Notes under the pieces: generated by a model
Seen by the model: only the letters and a program-made list of their open reading frames with translations
Database searches by the model: none
What the model was told of the DNA's origin: nothing
Position numbers and translations under genes: made by a program
Part shown: piece by piece, positions 32,108 to 41,826 of the stretch
How the letters are laid out: every line of letters begins with the position of its first letter
Numbering within the stretch: position 1 is the first letter of the stretch
Assembly: GCA_963678065.2 (NCBI GenBank)
Contig: CAXXVZ010000003.1
Location: 1,696,001 to 1,760,000, forward strand
Source: Treponemataceae bacterium
GTDB lineage: Bacteria > Spirochaetota > Spirochaetia > Treponematales > Rectinemataceae
DNA: 64,000 bases
Direction: 5' to 3'

Positions 32108-34039
32108 ATGTCCAAGAAACGAATCTCGTTCGTGATCGCGCTGGCGCTCGCGGCGGCACTGGTGCTGCCCCTGAGCGTCTTCGCGCTCAACTACTCAGGC
32201 AGCCAGGGCAACCTAGCCACCTTCGAAACCCTCGAGGAAACCCACCTCAGCAGCCCGACCGCCGTCGCCAACCTCGAGACCAACGTCGGCAAGCCCTTCA
32301 AGTCCCACCCCGTCCTCGACGGCTACCCGCAGGGCACGACCTACGTCTATCGCTCGGCCGAGATGTACGGTGGACGGGCCGCGGCTAGGCTCAACACCGA
32401 CATCCTGGTCTTCTCCGACCAATCCTTCGCCGGCAAGGCCCCTGCCCTCAACTACCTCAAGGACCTCGGACTCATCAAGATCATCGACCAGGCTGTCGGC
32501 AGCGTCATCCTCGTCACCCCCGCCGATCCCAAGGCTGGCTTCGGACAGGCCGACCAGAAGAACTACTACGCCCTCCAGACCGCCATGCTCGCCCAGAAGG
32601 CTTCGGAGACCTCCGGCAAGATAACGACCTACTACTCCGACGCCGAGTACTTAGGCGGCTACGGCTACACCTACGTCATCGGCATCGACGGCGGGGCCAC
32701 CTTCCTCAACAACTATGTCGCCGGCACTTTCGACTACGTCAGCAGGATAGCCGGCATGCTCCTGGTAAACGGCAAGATGGACAGCATCCGCGGCGTAGCC
32801 TCCCTGGTCCCGGCCTACTTGGTCAACGCCCCGGGCTCGGTCGTGGAGAAGTACAAGAAGGCCAACGGCACCGACGCCTACGCGAGGACTGGCGAGGTCG
32901 AGACCTTCTACAACCAGGCCTTCCCCCTCAGGAAGGTCGTCGTCAACGGCGACGCGACCGCCAACCTGGTCTCCATCGTCAGCGACGCCTACTACAACCT
33001 CTTCATCAAGGCCATGCGGGTGCCCGTCATCAAGCAGGGGCTCTACACCGCCGCCACGCCCTACCAGGGCTACAACTTCGACGAGGCTCCCTACTCCCTC
33101 TGCGAGCGCAACGCCGTGATCGACGGGGTGACCGAGGACGGGATCTGCCTGATCCGCCACAAGGAAGACAGGTTCGGCAACATCAAGACGCTTGACGGCG
33201 AATACCTGCAGACCTGGTTCGAGTACCTGCCCAAGGAAGTGCTGAACAATACTGCCCCCAGAGGCAGCGTACCATTCATACTCGCGATGCATGGAGGCGG
33301 GGATGATCCTCGCGTATTCGTCGACGAGATCGGTCTGCTGGCCCTCGCGGGGAAAGAACGTTTTGCGATGGCGGCCCCAGAGCATCAATACCTCGGATTC
33401 ATACGAAAGGACAATAAGCAGATAGAGGGCATTCTTTGCGATGTGCTGCCGCAATTCGTACAGTACATGTTGGCGACCTATCCAGCCCTGGACCCTTCCC
33501 GCGTCTATGTCACCGGCTATTCGATGGGCGGCGGCGCGACCCTGAGAGCCATAAACGGGAATCCATCGCTTTTCGCCGCGGCGGTACCTATGGCGGCTTC
33601 CAGTTACATAGGCACGAAAGAGCAAGTCGCGCAGTTTGCCACCTACGACCTGCCTATCATGTTTACCACTTCTTCCTTCGATCTTGGCGGTGCATTCGAC
33701 CAAGCCAACGTCACTATTGCGACCGGTTACCAGAGCTTGATCAACCTCTTTCTCGAATATAACGGGATCCAGAAGATCAATGCTTTCGACTTTGGTACCT
33801 ATCCTATTTCTGGTTTCAAGGCGGCCACTATAAATCGCGTAACCCTCAACAACGAGTATATAAACACCCGCTGGTACATCAACAATTCAGATGGAATCCC
33901 GATGGTTGCCCTTAGCTACACAGAAAACTTGATCCACGCGCTTTACCCCGAATACGCCAAGATCATGTGGGAATTCTCCAAGCATTACTCAAGAAATCAG
34001 ACAACCGGTTCTGTAGTGTACGATCAATCTGCAAAATAG
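32108..34039 (+). CDS. Secreted alpha/beta-hydrolase, array copy 4, type A
   Basis: Signal peptide; HGGGDD, GYSMGG, HALYPEY; AT-richer 3' half. Confidence 0.8.
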   Translation: MSKKRISFVIALALAAALVLPLSVFALNYSGSQGNLATFETLEETHLSSPTAVANLETNVGKPFKSHPVLDGYPQGTTYVYRSAEMYGGRAAARLNTDILVFSDQSFAGKAPALNYLKDLGLIKIIDQAVGSVILVTPADPKAGFGQADQKNYYALQTAMLAQKASETSGKITTYYSDAEYLGGYGYTYVIGIDGGATFLNNYVAGTFDYVSRIAGMLLVNGKMDSIRGVASLVPAYLVNAPGSVVEKYKKANGTDAYARTGEVETFYNQAFPLRKVVVNGDATANLVSIVSDAYYNLFIKAMRVPVIKQGLYTAATPYQGYNFDEAPYSLCERNAVIDGVTEDGICLIRHKEDRFGNIKTLDGEYLQTWFEYLPKEVLNNTAPRGSVPFILAMHGGGDDPRVFVDEIGLLALAGKERFAMAAPEHQYLGFIRKDNKQIEGILCDVLPQFVQYMLATYPALDPSRVYVTGYSMGGGATLRAINGNPSLFAAAVPMAASSYIGTKEQVAQFATYDLPIMFTTSSFDLGGAFDQANVTIATGYQSLINLFLEYNGIQKINAFDFGTYPISGFKAATINRVTLNNEYINTRWYINNSDGIPMVALSYTENLIHALYPEYAKIMWEFSKHYSRNQTTGSVVYDQSAK

Positions 34040-34154
34040 TGGCCTTTTCCATTGCCGAGCTGGCAAGGGATTTTTATTTGGCAATGCGACCTCGCCAGCT
34101 CATACCGCTATTCAGATGTGGACGATGTTTTAATCATGAAGAATGGAGGAAGAT

Positions 34155-36032
34155 ATGAAAAAATTGCTCGGCATGGCGCTGGTTATGTGTATTCTATTCA
34201 GCGCCGGTAATGCCTTCGCGCTCGGCTACAAACAGCATCTCGATAACAAGGCCACCTTCGAGACCTTGAAGGAAGCCCATGATAACGGGCCCGCGTACCT
34301 GAGCCCGGCGACGGGCAGGAACTACGTGCCCGATCCGGCGCTGGATACCTATCCGGACGGAACCACGTACATTTACCGTTCGGCCACTATGTTCACCTGT
34401 CTCAGCGCGGCGAACCGCATGAACACGAACATTCTTGTGTTCACCGACAAGTCCTTCGACGCTAAGGACGCGGCGCTCTCGTACATAAAGAAGCTCGGCT
34501 TGACCGACATCGTGGACAAGGCCTCCGGAAGCGTGGTGCTTGTGACGCCGATCGACAAAAAGACCGGCTACGGCATCGCCGACCAGTACGCTTATTACCA
34601 GATGCAGTCGGCTATGTACAACATTGGCTTCACGAAGAAGATCGACGACAAGACGGTGTACTATGCGGACAGCGCCTACTTCGGCGGCCAGACCTATCGC
34701 TACCTCATTGGGATCGACGGCGGCGCCTCCTTCCTGAACAACTTCGTCGCCAGCACCTTCGATTACGTCTCCCGCGTGGCGGGAATGCTGCTCGTCAACG
34801 GCCAGATGGAGAAGGTCCGCAAGGTCGCCTCCCCCGTCCCTGTTTACCTGGCGGGCACCACGGACGAGATCGTCGGGAAATACAAAGAAGCTAACAACAC
34901 CAACGCGTCGGGATTCGAGCGTGGCTACCAGTACTACTTCAACCAGGCGCACAGCCTGCAGAAGATCATCGTCAACCAGGATGCCAAACTCAGCGCCGAC
35001 TTGGTCAACGATGTGTACAACAACTTCTTCGTCAAAGCCATGCGAGTCCCCGTGCTCAAGGCGGGACTCTTCGCCGCTTCCACCCTCTACAGCAATTATA
35101 ACTGGAACATGGCCCCCTACTCCCTAGGCGAACGCAACGCGATCGTCGACGGCAAGACCACGGACGGGATCAACGTCATCGAGCGCAAGGAGGACCGTTT
35201 CAAGAGCATCGCGACCAAAACGGGTGAGTACATTCAGACCTGGTACGAATTCCTTCCCGACGAAGTTCTTAAGGGAACCGCGGAGAAGGGAAGCGTTCCA
35301 CTCATCCTCATGAACCACGGAGGCGGCGACGACCCCGTTCAGGCCACGGACGACCTCGGGTGGCTCACTCTCGCCGGAAAGAAACACTTCGCCATTGTGG
35401 CGCCTCTCCACACCTCCGCCACGGATATCCTTTCCACCGCCCTTCCTGCGCTCGTCAAATACATGCTGGCGACCTATCCGGCCCTGGATCCTTCCCGCGT
35501 CTACGTTACCGGCTATTCCATGGGCGGGGGAGCGACCAACCGTACTCTCTACGGGGATGCGAGCCTCTTCGCGGCAGCCGTGCCGATGTCCGGCACGCCC
35601 TATACGCACCTTCCTGATCAGACAGCGCAGTTTGCCTCCATCGACATTCCTGTGCTCTTCACTACCTGCACCTATGACACCTACACCCACTTCGACTCGG
35701 TGAATGGTATCATCGCCGACGATTTTCAGATGAACATCAACGACTACCTCAGCTACAACGAGATGCCCACCGTCGTCTATGACTTCAAGACCTATCCCAT
35801 GAGCGGCTTCAAGGGCGACACCTTCAAGTCCATCATGCTCAATGACGAGTATCCCAACTACACCTGGCTGTTCCTCAACAAGGCGGGAGTCCCGATGGTC
35901 GGACTGAGCGTCACCGAATTCCTGCCCCACGGGCTGTATCAAGCCTACGCGGGACTCGCCTGGGACTTCCTGGTCCACTATTCCCGCGACCCGAACACAA
36001 AGGCGATCGTCTACACCGCGTTCGCCAACTGA
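34155..36032 (+). CDS. Secreted alpha/beta-hydrolase, array copy 5, type B
   Basis: MKKLLG signal peptide (AFA), YKQHL.NxATFETL, HGGGDD, GYSMGG, HGLYQ. Confidence 0.8.
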   Translation: MKKLLGMALVMCILFSAGNAFALGYKQHLDNKATFETLKEAHDNGPAYLSPATGRNYVPDPALDTYPDGTTYIYRSATMFTCLSAANRMNTNILVFTDKSFDAKDAALSYIKKLGLTDIVDKASGSVVLVTPIDKKTGYGIADQYAYYQMQSAMYNIGFTKKIDDKTVYYADSAYFGGQTYRYLIGIDGGASFLNNFVASTFDYVSRVAGMLLVNGQMEKVRKVASPVPVYLAGTTDEIVGKYKEANNTNASGFERGYQYYFNQAHSLQKIIVNQDAKLSADLVNDVYNNFFVKAMRVPVLKAGLFAASTLYSNYNWNMAPYSLGERNAIVDGKTTDGINVIERKEDRFKSIATKTGEYIQTWYEFLPDEVLKGTAEKGSVPLILMNHGGGDDPVQATDDLGWLTLAGKKHFAIVAPLHTSATDILSTALPALVKYMLATYPALDPSRVYVTGYSMGGGATNRTLYGDASLFAAAVPMSGTPYTHLPDQTAQFASIDIPVLFTTCTYDTYTHFDSVNGIIADDFQMNINDYLSYNEMPTVVYDFKTYPMSGFKGDTFKSIMLNDEYPNYTWLFLNKAGVPMVGLSVTEFLPHGLYQAYAGLAWDFLVHYSRDPNTKAIVYTAFAN

Positions 36033-36074
36033 GAAGAAAGCAAGATGCGTCCGGAAACAACCAAAGGAGCAATT

Positions 36075-37958
36075 ATGAAAAGAATCGTGTGTATCACGCT
36101 GCTGTTTTATCTTTTCCTCGGCGCGAACTCCGCGTTCGCGCTGGGCTACAAGCAGCATCTCGGCAATAACGCCACCTTCGAGACCTTGAAGGAGGCCCAC
36201 GCGAACGGCGCCGCGTACATGAGCTCCGTTACGGACAGGACCTATGTCCCCGATCCCGCGCTGGACGCGTATCCCCAGAACACCACCTTCGTCTATCGCT
36301 CGGCGGGACAATACACCTGCACCAGCGCGGCCTTCCGGATGAACACCAATATCCTCGTATACACGGACAAGGCTTTCGACACCAAGGACAAGGCCTTTCA
36401 GTATTTGAGGGACCTCGGCGTGATCAGCATCATCGACAAGGCAGTGGGCAGCGTTACCCTGGTCACCCCCATCGATCCCAAGGCCGGATTCGGCACCGCG
36501 GACCAGTACGCGTATTTCCAGCTGCAGGCCGCCATGTGCAACCTCGGCTACACGGCGAAGGTTAACGACAAGACCGTCTATTACGCCGACAACTCCTACT
36601 TCGGCGGGCTCACCTATCGCTACCTCATCGGCATTGAGGGCGGCGCGACCTTCTTGAACAACTTCGTGGCGACTACCTTCGACGACGTCACCCGCGTCGC
36701 AGCCATGCTGCTCATCAAGGGCGACATGGAGAAGGTCCGCAAGGTGGCATCCTTCGTTCCCACCTACCTCGTGAACGCCTCCGCCGATGTCGTGGAGAAG
36801 TACAAGGCCGCAAACCAGACGAACGCCTGGGGCTACGACCAGAACGGCAACATGTTCTATTTCAACCAGGCACAGCCACTTCAGAAAGTCATCATGGACA
36901 GGACCTCGAAGGTCGACTCGAGCCTGATCGGCACTGTGTACAACAACTTCATGACCAAATATTTCCGCATCCCGGTCGTGAAGGCGAACCTGTACTCAGC
37001 CTCCACTCTCTACAGCGACTACAAGTGGAACCAGGCCCCGTATTCCCTTGGGGAACGCAATGCCATCGTCGACGGAAAGACCGCGGACGGGATCTACGTC
37101 GACGAGCACCATGAGGATCGGTTCAAGAACATCAAGCAGGACAACGGCGAATACCTGGATACCTGGTTCGAGTTCCTGCCCGAGGAGGTCAAGAACAACA
37201 CAGCCCCCAAGGGGAGCGTTCCCCTGTTCCTGGGAAACCACGGCGGCGGGGACGACCCCGTGCAGTACGCGGACAACATCGGCCTCTTGACGCTCGCCGG
37301 CAAGGAGAGGTTCGCCCTTGTCGTTCCCGAGCAGCAGTCCATCTCCAGCATCAGGGGCAAGGCGCTGCCAACTCTCGTGAAATACATGCTCGCGACCTAT
37401 CCCGCGCTCGACGCGTCCCGCGTATATACCACCGGCTACTCTATGGGCGGCGGCGCAACATTCAACGCCGTGGACGGCGATGCCCGGCTCTTCGCTGCCG
37501 CGGTTCCACAGGCTGCGGTCACCTACGTCGCGACCAAGGAAGAATCGGCGCAGTTCAAGGACCTGGACATCCCCATCATGCTCACCACCTCTACGTATGA
37601 CTATTTCTACGATACGGCCACCTTGGTCTACAGGGTGACCGCCATGTGCGATTATCCCACCATGCTCAACCTGTACCTCGGATTCAACGAGATGCCTGCC
37701 CTGAATTTCGATTGCGTCAAGTATCCGCTCAGCGGATTCAAGGCGGACGAGTTCAAGGAAATTACCCTTAACAACGAGTACGTGAATCGCACCTGGCTGC
37801 TCTACAAGGAAGGGATTCCCATGGTCGGCCTGAACGTCACGGATTTCCTACCGCACGGCCTGTACCAGGAATACGCGAAGGTGGTGTGGGACTTCGTAAA
37901 GCACTATTCCCGCGACCTGAAGACCGGCGCGGTCGTCTACCGTCCCTATGTCGACTGA
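36075..37958 (+). CDS. Secreted alpha/beta-hydrolase, array copy 6, type B
   Basis: AAGGAG RBS; signal peptide; HGGGDD, GYSMGG, HGLYQEY. Confidence 0.8.
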   Translation: MKRIVCITLLFYLFLGANSAFALGYKQHLGNNATFETLKEAHANGAAYMSSVTDRTYVPDPALDAYPQNTTFVYRSAGQYTCTSAAFRMNTNILVYTDKAFDTKDKAFQYLRDLGVISIIDKAVGSVTLVTPIDPKAGFGTADQYAYFQLQAAMCNLGYTAKVNDKTVYYADNSYFGGLTYRYLIGIEGGATFLNNFVATTFDDVTRVAAMLLIKGDMEKVRKVASFVPTYLVNASADVVEKYKAANQTNAWGYDQNGNMFYFNQAQPLQKVIMDRTSKVDSSLIGTVYNNFMTKYFRIPVVKANLYSASTLYSDYKWNQAPYSLGERNAIVDGKTADGIYVDEHHEDRFKNIKQDNGEYLDTWFEFLPEEVKNNTAPKGSVPLFLGNHGGGDDPVQYADNIGLLTLAGKERFALVVPEQQSISSIRGKALPTLVKYMLATYPALDASRVYTTGYSMGGGATFNAVDGDARLFAAAVPQAAVTYVATKEESAQFKDLDIPIMLTTSTYDYFYDTATLVYRVTAMCDYPTMLNLYLGFNEMPALNFDCVKYPLSGFKADEFKEITLNNEYVNRTWLLYKEGIPMVGLNVTDFLPHGLYQEYAKVVWDFVKHYSRDLKTGAVVYRPYVD

Positions 37959-37992
37959 AGTTTAGCGTAAAGCTGTTCGGGCTACGCAGCTC

Positions 37993-38194
37993 GAGCGTTT
38001 CTGTCGCCTGCCGGCATGAGGCTCTTGGCCTCTCGTCCGGCAGGAGTCTTTCCTGGCGGACTATTGTGATGCGAAAGACAGCGAGCGGCATTTGTGTCGG
38101 AGGGAACCGGCGGAACGGGGAGCAGGCCCGATTTCCCGAACGTTTCCCTCCCCTCCCGAATGAACGACTCGCGTCGATTATAAGGAGAAGGATT
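37993..38194 (+). repeat. Structured intergenic repeat, copy 1
   Basis: Homologous to 40126-40318; stems CCTGCCGG/CCGGCAGG and GGAGGGAA/TTCCCTCC. Confidence 0.8.
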
Positions 38195-40105
38195 ATGAAG
38201 AAACTGATCTGTGCGGCGCTATCGATCTGCCTTCTGTTGAGCGCAAGCGCGGCCTTCGCGCTCGACTACAAGCAGCATTTCGACAACAATGCCACGTTCG
38301 AGACCTTGAAGGAGGCGCGCGCCAACGGGGCAGCGTACTTGAGTTCGGCTACGGACAGGATCTATGTGCCCGACCCGGCCCTCGACAGCTACCCGGACGG
38401 GACCACCTATGTCTATCGTTCCGCCAGGATATACACCTCCCTGAGCGCGGCGAACCGCATGAACACCAACATCCTCGTGTACACGGACAAGTCCTTCGAC
38501 GGCAAGGACGCGGCGCTCGCTTATCTCAAGAAGCTGGGCCTGACGGAGGTCGCGGATAAAGCCTATGGGAGCTTGACCCTGGTGACCCCCGCCGACAAGA
38601 AGCTCGGCTTCGGCGTCGCCGACCAGTATGCCTACTTCCAGCTGCATTCGGCAATGTGCAACATCGGATACACCAAAAAGGTCGACGCCAAAACCACCTG
38701 GTATTACGCCGACAGCGCGTATTATGGCGGGCTGACCTACCGCTATCTCATCGGCATCGATGGCGGGGCCACCTTCCTGAACAACTACGTAGCCAGCACC
38801 TTCGACTATATTTCCCGCATAGCTGGTATGCTGCTAATCAACGGCGACATGGACCGCATCCGCCAAGTGGCCGCCTTCGTCCCCACCTATCTGGTGAATG
38901 CCTCCGCCGAGGTGGTCGACAAGTACAAGGCAGCGAACAAGACGGACGCCTTCTCGGTCAAGGGCGATGTGAGCTGCTACTACAACCAGGCCCAGCCCTT
39001 GCAGAAAGTATACGTCGCCAAGCAGGACCAGGTGGACCTCGCCGCCGCGGTCAAGGCTGCATACTACGATATGTTCATCAAAGCCTTGCGGAACGCATCG
39101 GTAAAGGCCGGTCTTTACACGGCTTCCACACTTTATAGCGACTACAAATGGAATATGGCCCCCTACTCCCTGTCCGAGCGAAACGCGATAATCGACGGCG
39201 TCACCGCCGACAGGCTTTCCGTGATCGAGCACAAGGAAGACCGATTCAGTAAAATGGCCACCGACGCCGGAAACTATGTCCAAACCTGGTTCGAGGTCCT
39301 TCCCGAAGAGGTCAAGAACAACACCGCTCCCGCCGGATCGGTTCCGCTCATCCTGGCCAACCACGGCGCCGGCGACGATCCCGTGCAGTTCCTGGATGAA
39401 ATGGACTGGCTGTCAATTGCCGGCAAGAAACGCCTGGCGATTGTGGCACCCTACCATACGGTGGATTTCGGCGTGAACGGCTATAACATCCTCTGCGATG
39501 TGCTGCCCGAGTTGGTCAAGTATATGCTGGCGACCTATCCTGCCCTGGATGCCTCCCGCGTCTACGTGACCGGCTACTCCATGGGTGGCGGCGCGACTAA
39601 CCGCGCCATTTGCAGCGCACCCCAGCTTTTCGCCGCCGCAGTCCCCGAGGCTGCCCTCGCCTACACCGCAACCGCCAAGCAAGCTCTCCAGTTCGAAAAA
39701 TACGATATTCCCGTCCTGCTCACCACTTCGACCTACGACTCTTTCGTGGTGAACGACAAGTCCATCAACAACACGTCCCAGAATGTCCTCTTCGATTATC
39801 AGGGCATGATAAACCAATATCTTGCGTTCAACGGTATGAAGACCATCGCGTTCGACTTCAACACGTACCGCTACTTCGGCGCCAAGGCCGATATCTACAT
39901 CCAGAACACCTTGAACAATGAGTATACAAACCGCATGTGGCTGATGCTCAACGACAAAGGCGTTCCCATGGTGGGGCTGAGCGTAACCGACTTCCTTCCG
40001 CACGGTCTGTACCAGGAGTATGGCAAGATCGCGTGGGATTTCATGAAGCACTATTCTCGCGATCAGAAGACCGGCGCGGTCATCTACGATGCATATGCCG
40101 ACTGA
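38195..40105 (+). CDS. Secreted alpha/beta-hydrolase, array copy 7, type B
   Basis: TAAGGAG RBS, MKKLICAAL signal peptide; HGAGDD, GYSMGG, HGLYQEY. Confidence 0.8.
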   Translation: MKKLICAALSICLLLSASAAFALDYKQHFDNNATFETLKEARANGAAYLSSATDRIYVPDPALDSYPDGTTYVYRSARIYTSLSAANRMNTNILVYTDKSFDGKDAALAYLKKLGLTEVADKAYGSLTLVTPADKKLGFGVADQYAYFQLHSAMCNIGYTKKVDAKTTWYYADSAYYGGLTYRYLIGIDGGATFLNNYVASTFDYISRIAGMLLINGDMDRIRQVAAFVPTYLVNASAEVVDKYKAANKTDAFSVKGDVSCYYNQAQPLQKVYVAKQDQVDLAAAVKAAYYDMFIKALRNASVKAGLYTASTLYSDYKWNMAPYSLSERNAIIDGVTADRLSVIEHKEDRFSKMATDAGNYVQTWFEVLPEEVKNNTAPAGSVPLILANHGAGDDPVQFLDEMDWLSIAGKKRLAIVAPYHTVDFGVNGYNILCDVLPELVKYMLATYPALDASRVYVTGYSMGGGATNRAICSAPQLFAAAVPEAALAYTATAKQALQFEKYDIPVLLTTSTYDSFVVNDKSINNTSQNVLFDYQGMINQYLAFNGMKTIAFDFNTYRYFGAKADIYIQNTLNNEYTNRMWLMLNDKGVPMVGLSVTDFLPHGLYQEYGKIAWDFMKHYSRDQKTGAVIYDAYAD

Positions 40106-40125
40106 GGGTGCTCACTGAGCATTCC

Positions 40126-40318
40126 GAGCGTTTCTGTTGCCTGCCGGCATGAGGCTCTTGGCCTCTCCTCCGGCAGGAGTCTTTCCTGATGGACTGTTGT
40201 GCCGTGAATGACCCTGAGGGTCATTCGCGGCGGAGGGAATCGTCGCAACGGGGAGTGGACCCGACTTCCCGAACGCTTCCCTCCCCCCGAATGAACGGCT
40301 CGTGTCAATGATAAGGAG
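40126..40318 (+). repeat. Structured intergenic repeat, copy 2 (ends at IS110 insertion site)
   Basis: Homologous to 37993-38194 up to ATAAGGAG. Confidence 0.8.
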
Positions 40319-40518
40319 GAATGATAAAACGTCAACCGGGTTCTAGGTGAAGAGGGTATCCTGTAGCGGAGGGATCCGATACGGGAAGGCTATTGCTCGT
40401 CATGGTTTATGGCTTACGAGGCCGGTAAGGAGAATGAGGAGTAAAGTGCGCCTAATCGTCAATACAGAAAAAAAGAAAAATAAGGTGGATCCCAATTTGT
40501 CCTTGTATTCATGAATTT

Positions 40519-41385
40519 CTATGCTGCCAGCCGTAGGCTGAAGCATCGGTTATACACCTCATCCGGTGTAGCATACTCAAGGGACTGATGAAATCGTTCC
40601 TGGTTGAAGAAATTGAAGTATTTGTCGACGGCGGTCTTTAGTTCCACGAGCGATTCGTACGAGTTCAGGTAAATTTCTTCGTACTTCAGTGACCTCCAGG
40701 TCCGCTCGATATAGATGTTGTCCAAAGCCCGGTTGACGCCATCCATGCTGATCTGGATTCCTTTGGCTTCAAGAACCGAGACAAACGCCTCGGATGTGAA
40801 CTGGCTCCCTTGGTCGGTGTTGAAGATCCCGGGAGTCCCGTGTACGGTAAGGGCTTCTTCCAGAGCATCGATGCAGAATCCTACATCCATCGTATTCGAG
40901 ATTCGCCACGACAGAACTTTCCGTGAAAACAGGTCGATAATCGCCACGAGATAGACATGAGACCCATTCACCTTCAGGTAGGTCACATCCGTTGCCCAGA
41001 CATGGTTCGCTATCCATATTTTCTTGTCTCGCAATAAATACGGGTACTTCTTGTGGTGTTTCGACGGTTTCGATAGATTCTTGCCGGGAAAGAGAGCCTT
41101 GAGTCCTGCCCGCTTCATGATCCGCCTGACCTGCTTGCGGGTGACCTTCATATCCTTCAAGGCACAGGCCATCCGCCGGTATCCATAGAACGGATGCTTG
41201 TTCAATTCTTCGAGAATTGCCGTGAGTACGGCCATCCCCCACTCGTCATCCATCTTTACTGATGTGTAGTAATACGCCGATCTGCTGATTCCCAACAGTT
41301 CACATTGCGTGATGATCGGCAGATCCTGATTGTCGGGTTCTACAAGTTCGGCTCGCTCCCGTACACCTGTCGGTACTTTTTTTTT
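40519..41385 (-). CDS. IS3 transposase OrfB (DDE integrase core), probably reached by -1 frameshift
   Basis: WATDVTY, AIIDLFSR, NTDQGSQFT, DNIYIER; A9G slippery run at 41376-41385. Confidence 0.88.
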   Translation of the reverse strand, partial: KKKVPTGVRERAELVEPDNQDLPIITQCELLGISRSAYYYTSVKMDDEWGMAVLTAILEELNKHPFYGYRRMACALKDMKVTRKQVRRIMKRAGLKALFPGKNLSKPSKHHKKYPYLLRDKKIWIANHVWATDVTYLKVNGSHVYLVAIIDLFSRKVLSWRISNTMDVGFCIDALEEALTVHGTPGIFNTDQGSQFTSEAFVSVLEAKGIQISMDGVNRALDNIYIERTWRSLKYEEIYLNSYESLVELKTAVDKYFNFFNQERFHQSLEYATPDEVYNRCFSLRLAA

Positions 41386-41642
41386 AGAAACGCATTCTCG
41401 ACCTGGAGTTGCCCAATCTGCTTGAAGAGCTCGTCCTGCTTCTCTTGGGCTACTTCTGCTTCCTTGTCCTTCCCTGATCTTTCAAAGAGCGTGGCTACTT
41501 GATCGACCACATGCTTTTTCCATTGGGCAATCTGATTCGGATGCACTCCATAGATTTGGGACAGTTCCTGAAGGGTTTTCTCGTTCCGGACTGCTTCCAT
41601 GGCCACTTTGGCCTTGAAGCTGGTGTCGTAGCTTTTGCGCAT
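41340..41642 (-). CDS. IS3 transposase OrfA (HTH)
   Basis: RKSYDTSFKAKVAMEA..YGVHPNQIAQWKK..IGQLQVENAFLKKK. Confidence 0.9.
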   Translation of the reverse strand: MRKSYDTSFKAKVAMEAVRNEKTLQELSQIYGVHPNQIAQWKKHVVDQVATLFERSGKDKEAEVAQEKQDELFKQIGQLQVENAFLKKKYRQVYGSEPNL

Positions 41643-41826
41643 GGTGTACTCTATGCCTCCCGTATCTTTTTTTACAAGGAGGAATGTCACCTTATTTCCC
41701 TTTGTTTCCTGTCTGATTTCTTGGGCTCATTATAGAGCCTAGCCGCATCATTCAATGACCCGCGAGGTCGAATAGGAGAATGGGCCCGATCCACCGCATC
41801 GAACCTATATCGGATGGGGAGAGGAT

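Larger units (their letters stand above)
40442..41734 (-). mobile_element. IS3-family insertion sequence, 1293 bp, 3-bp TSD GAG
   Basis: Imperfect IRs TAAAGTGCGCCTAA..ACAG / TATAATGAGCCCAA..ACAG; GAG at 40439-40441 and 41735-41737; orfA and orfB. Confidence 0.85.

Noticed and set aside
37886..38194. N-terminal extension of copy 7 (739-aa ORF)
   Set aside because: RBS and signal peptide place the start at 38195; upstream part is the intergenic repeat
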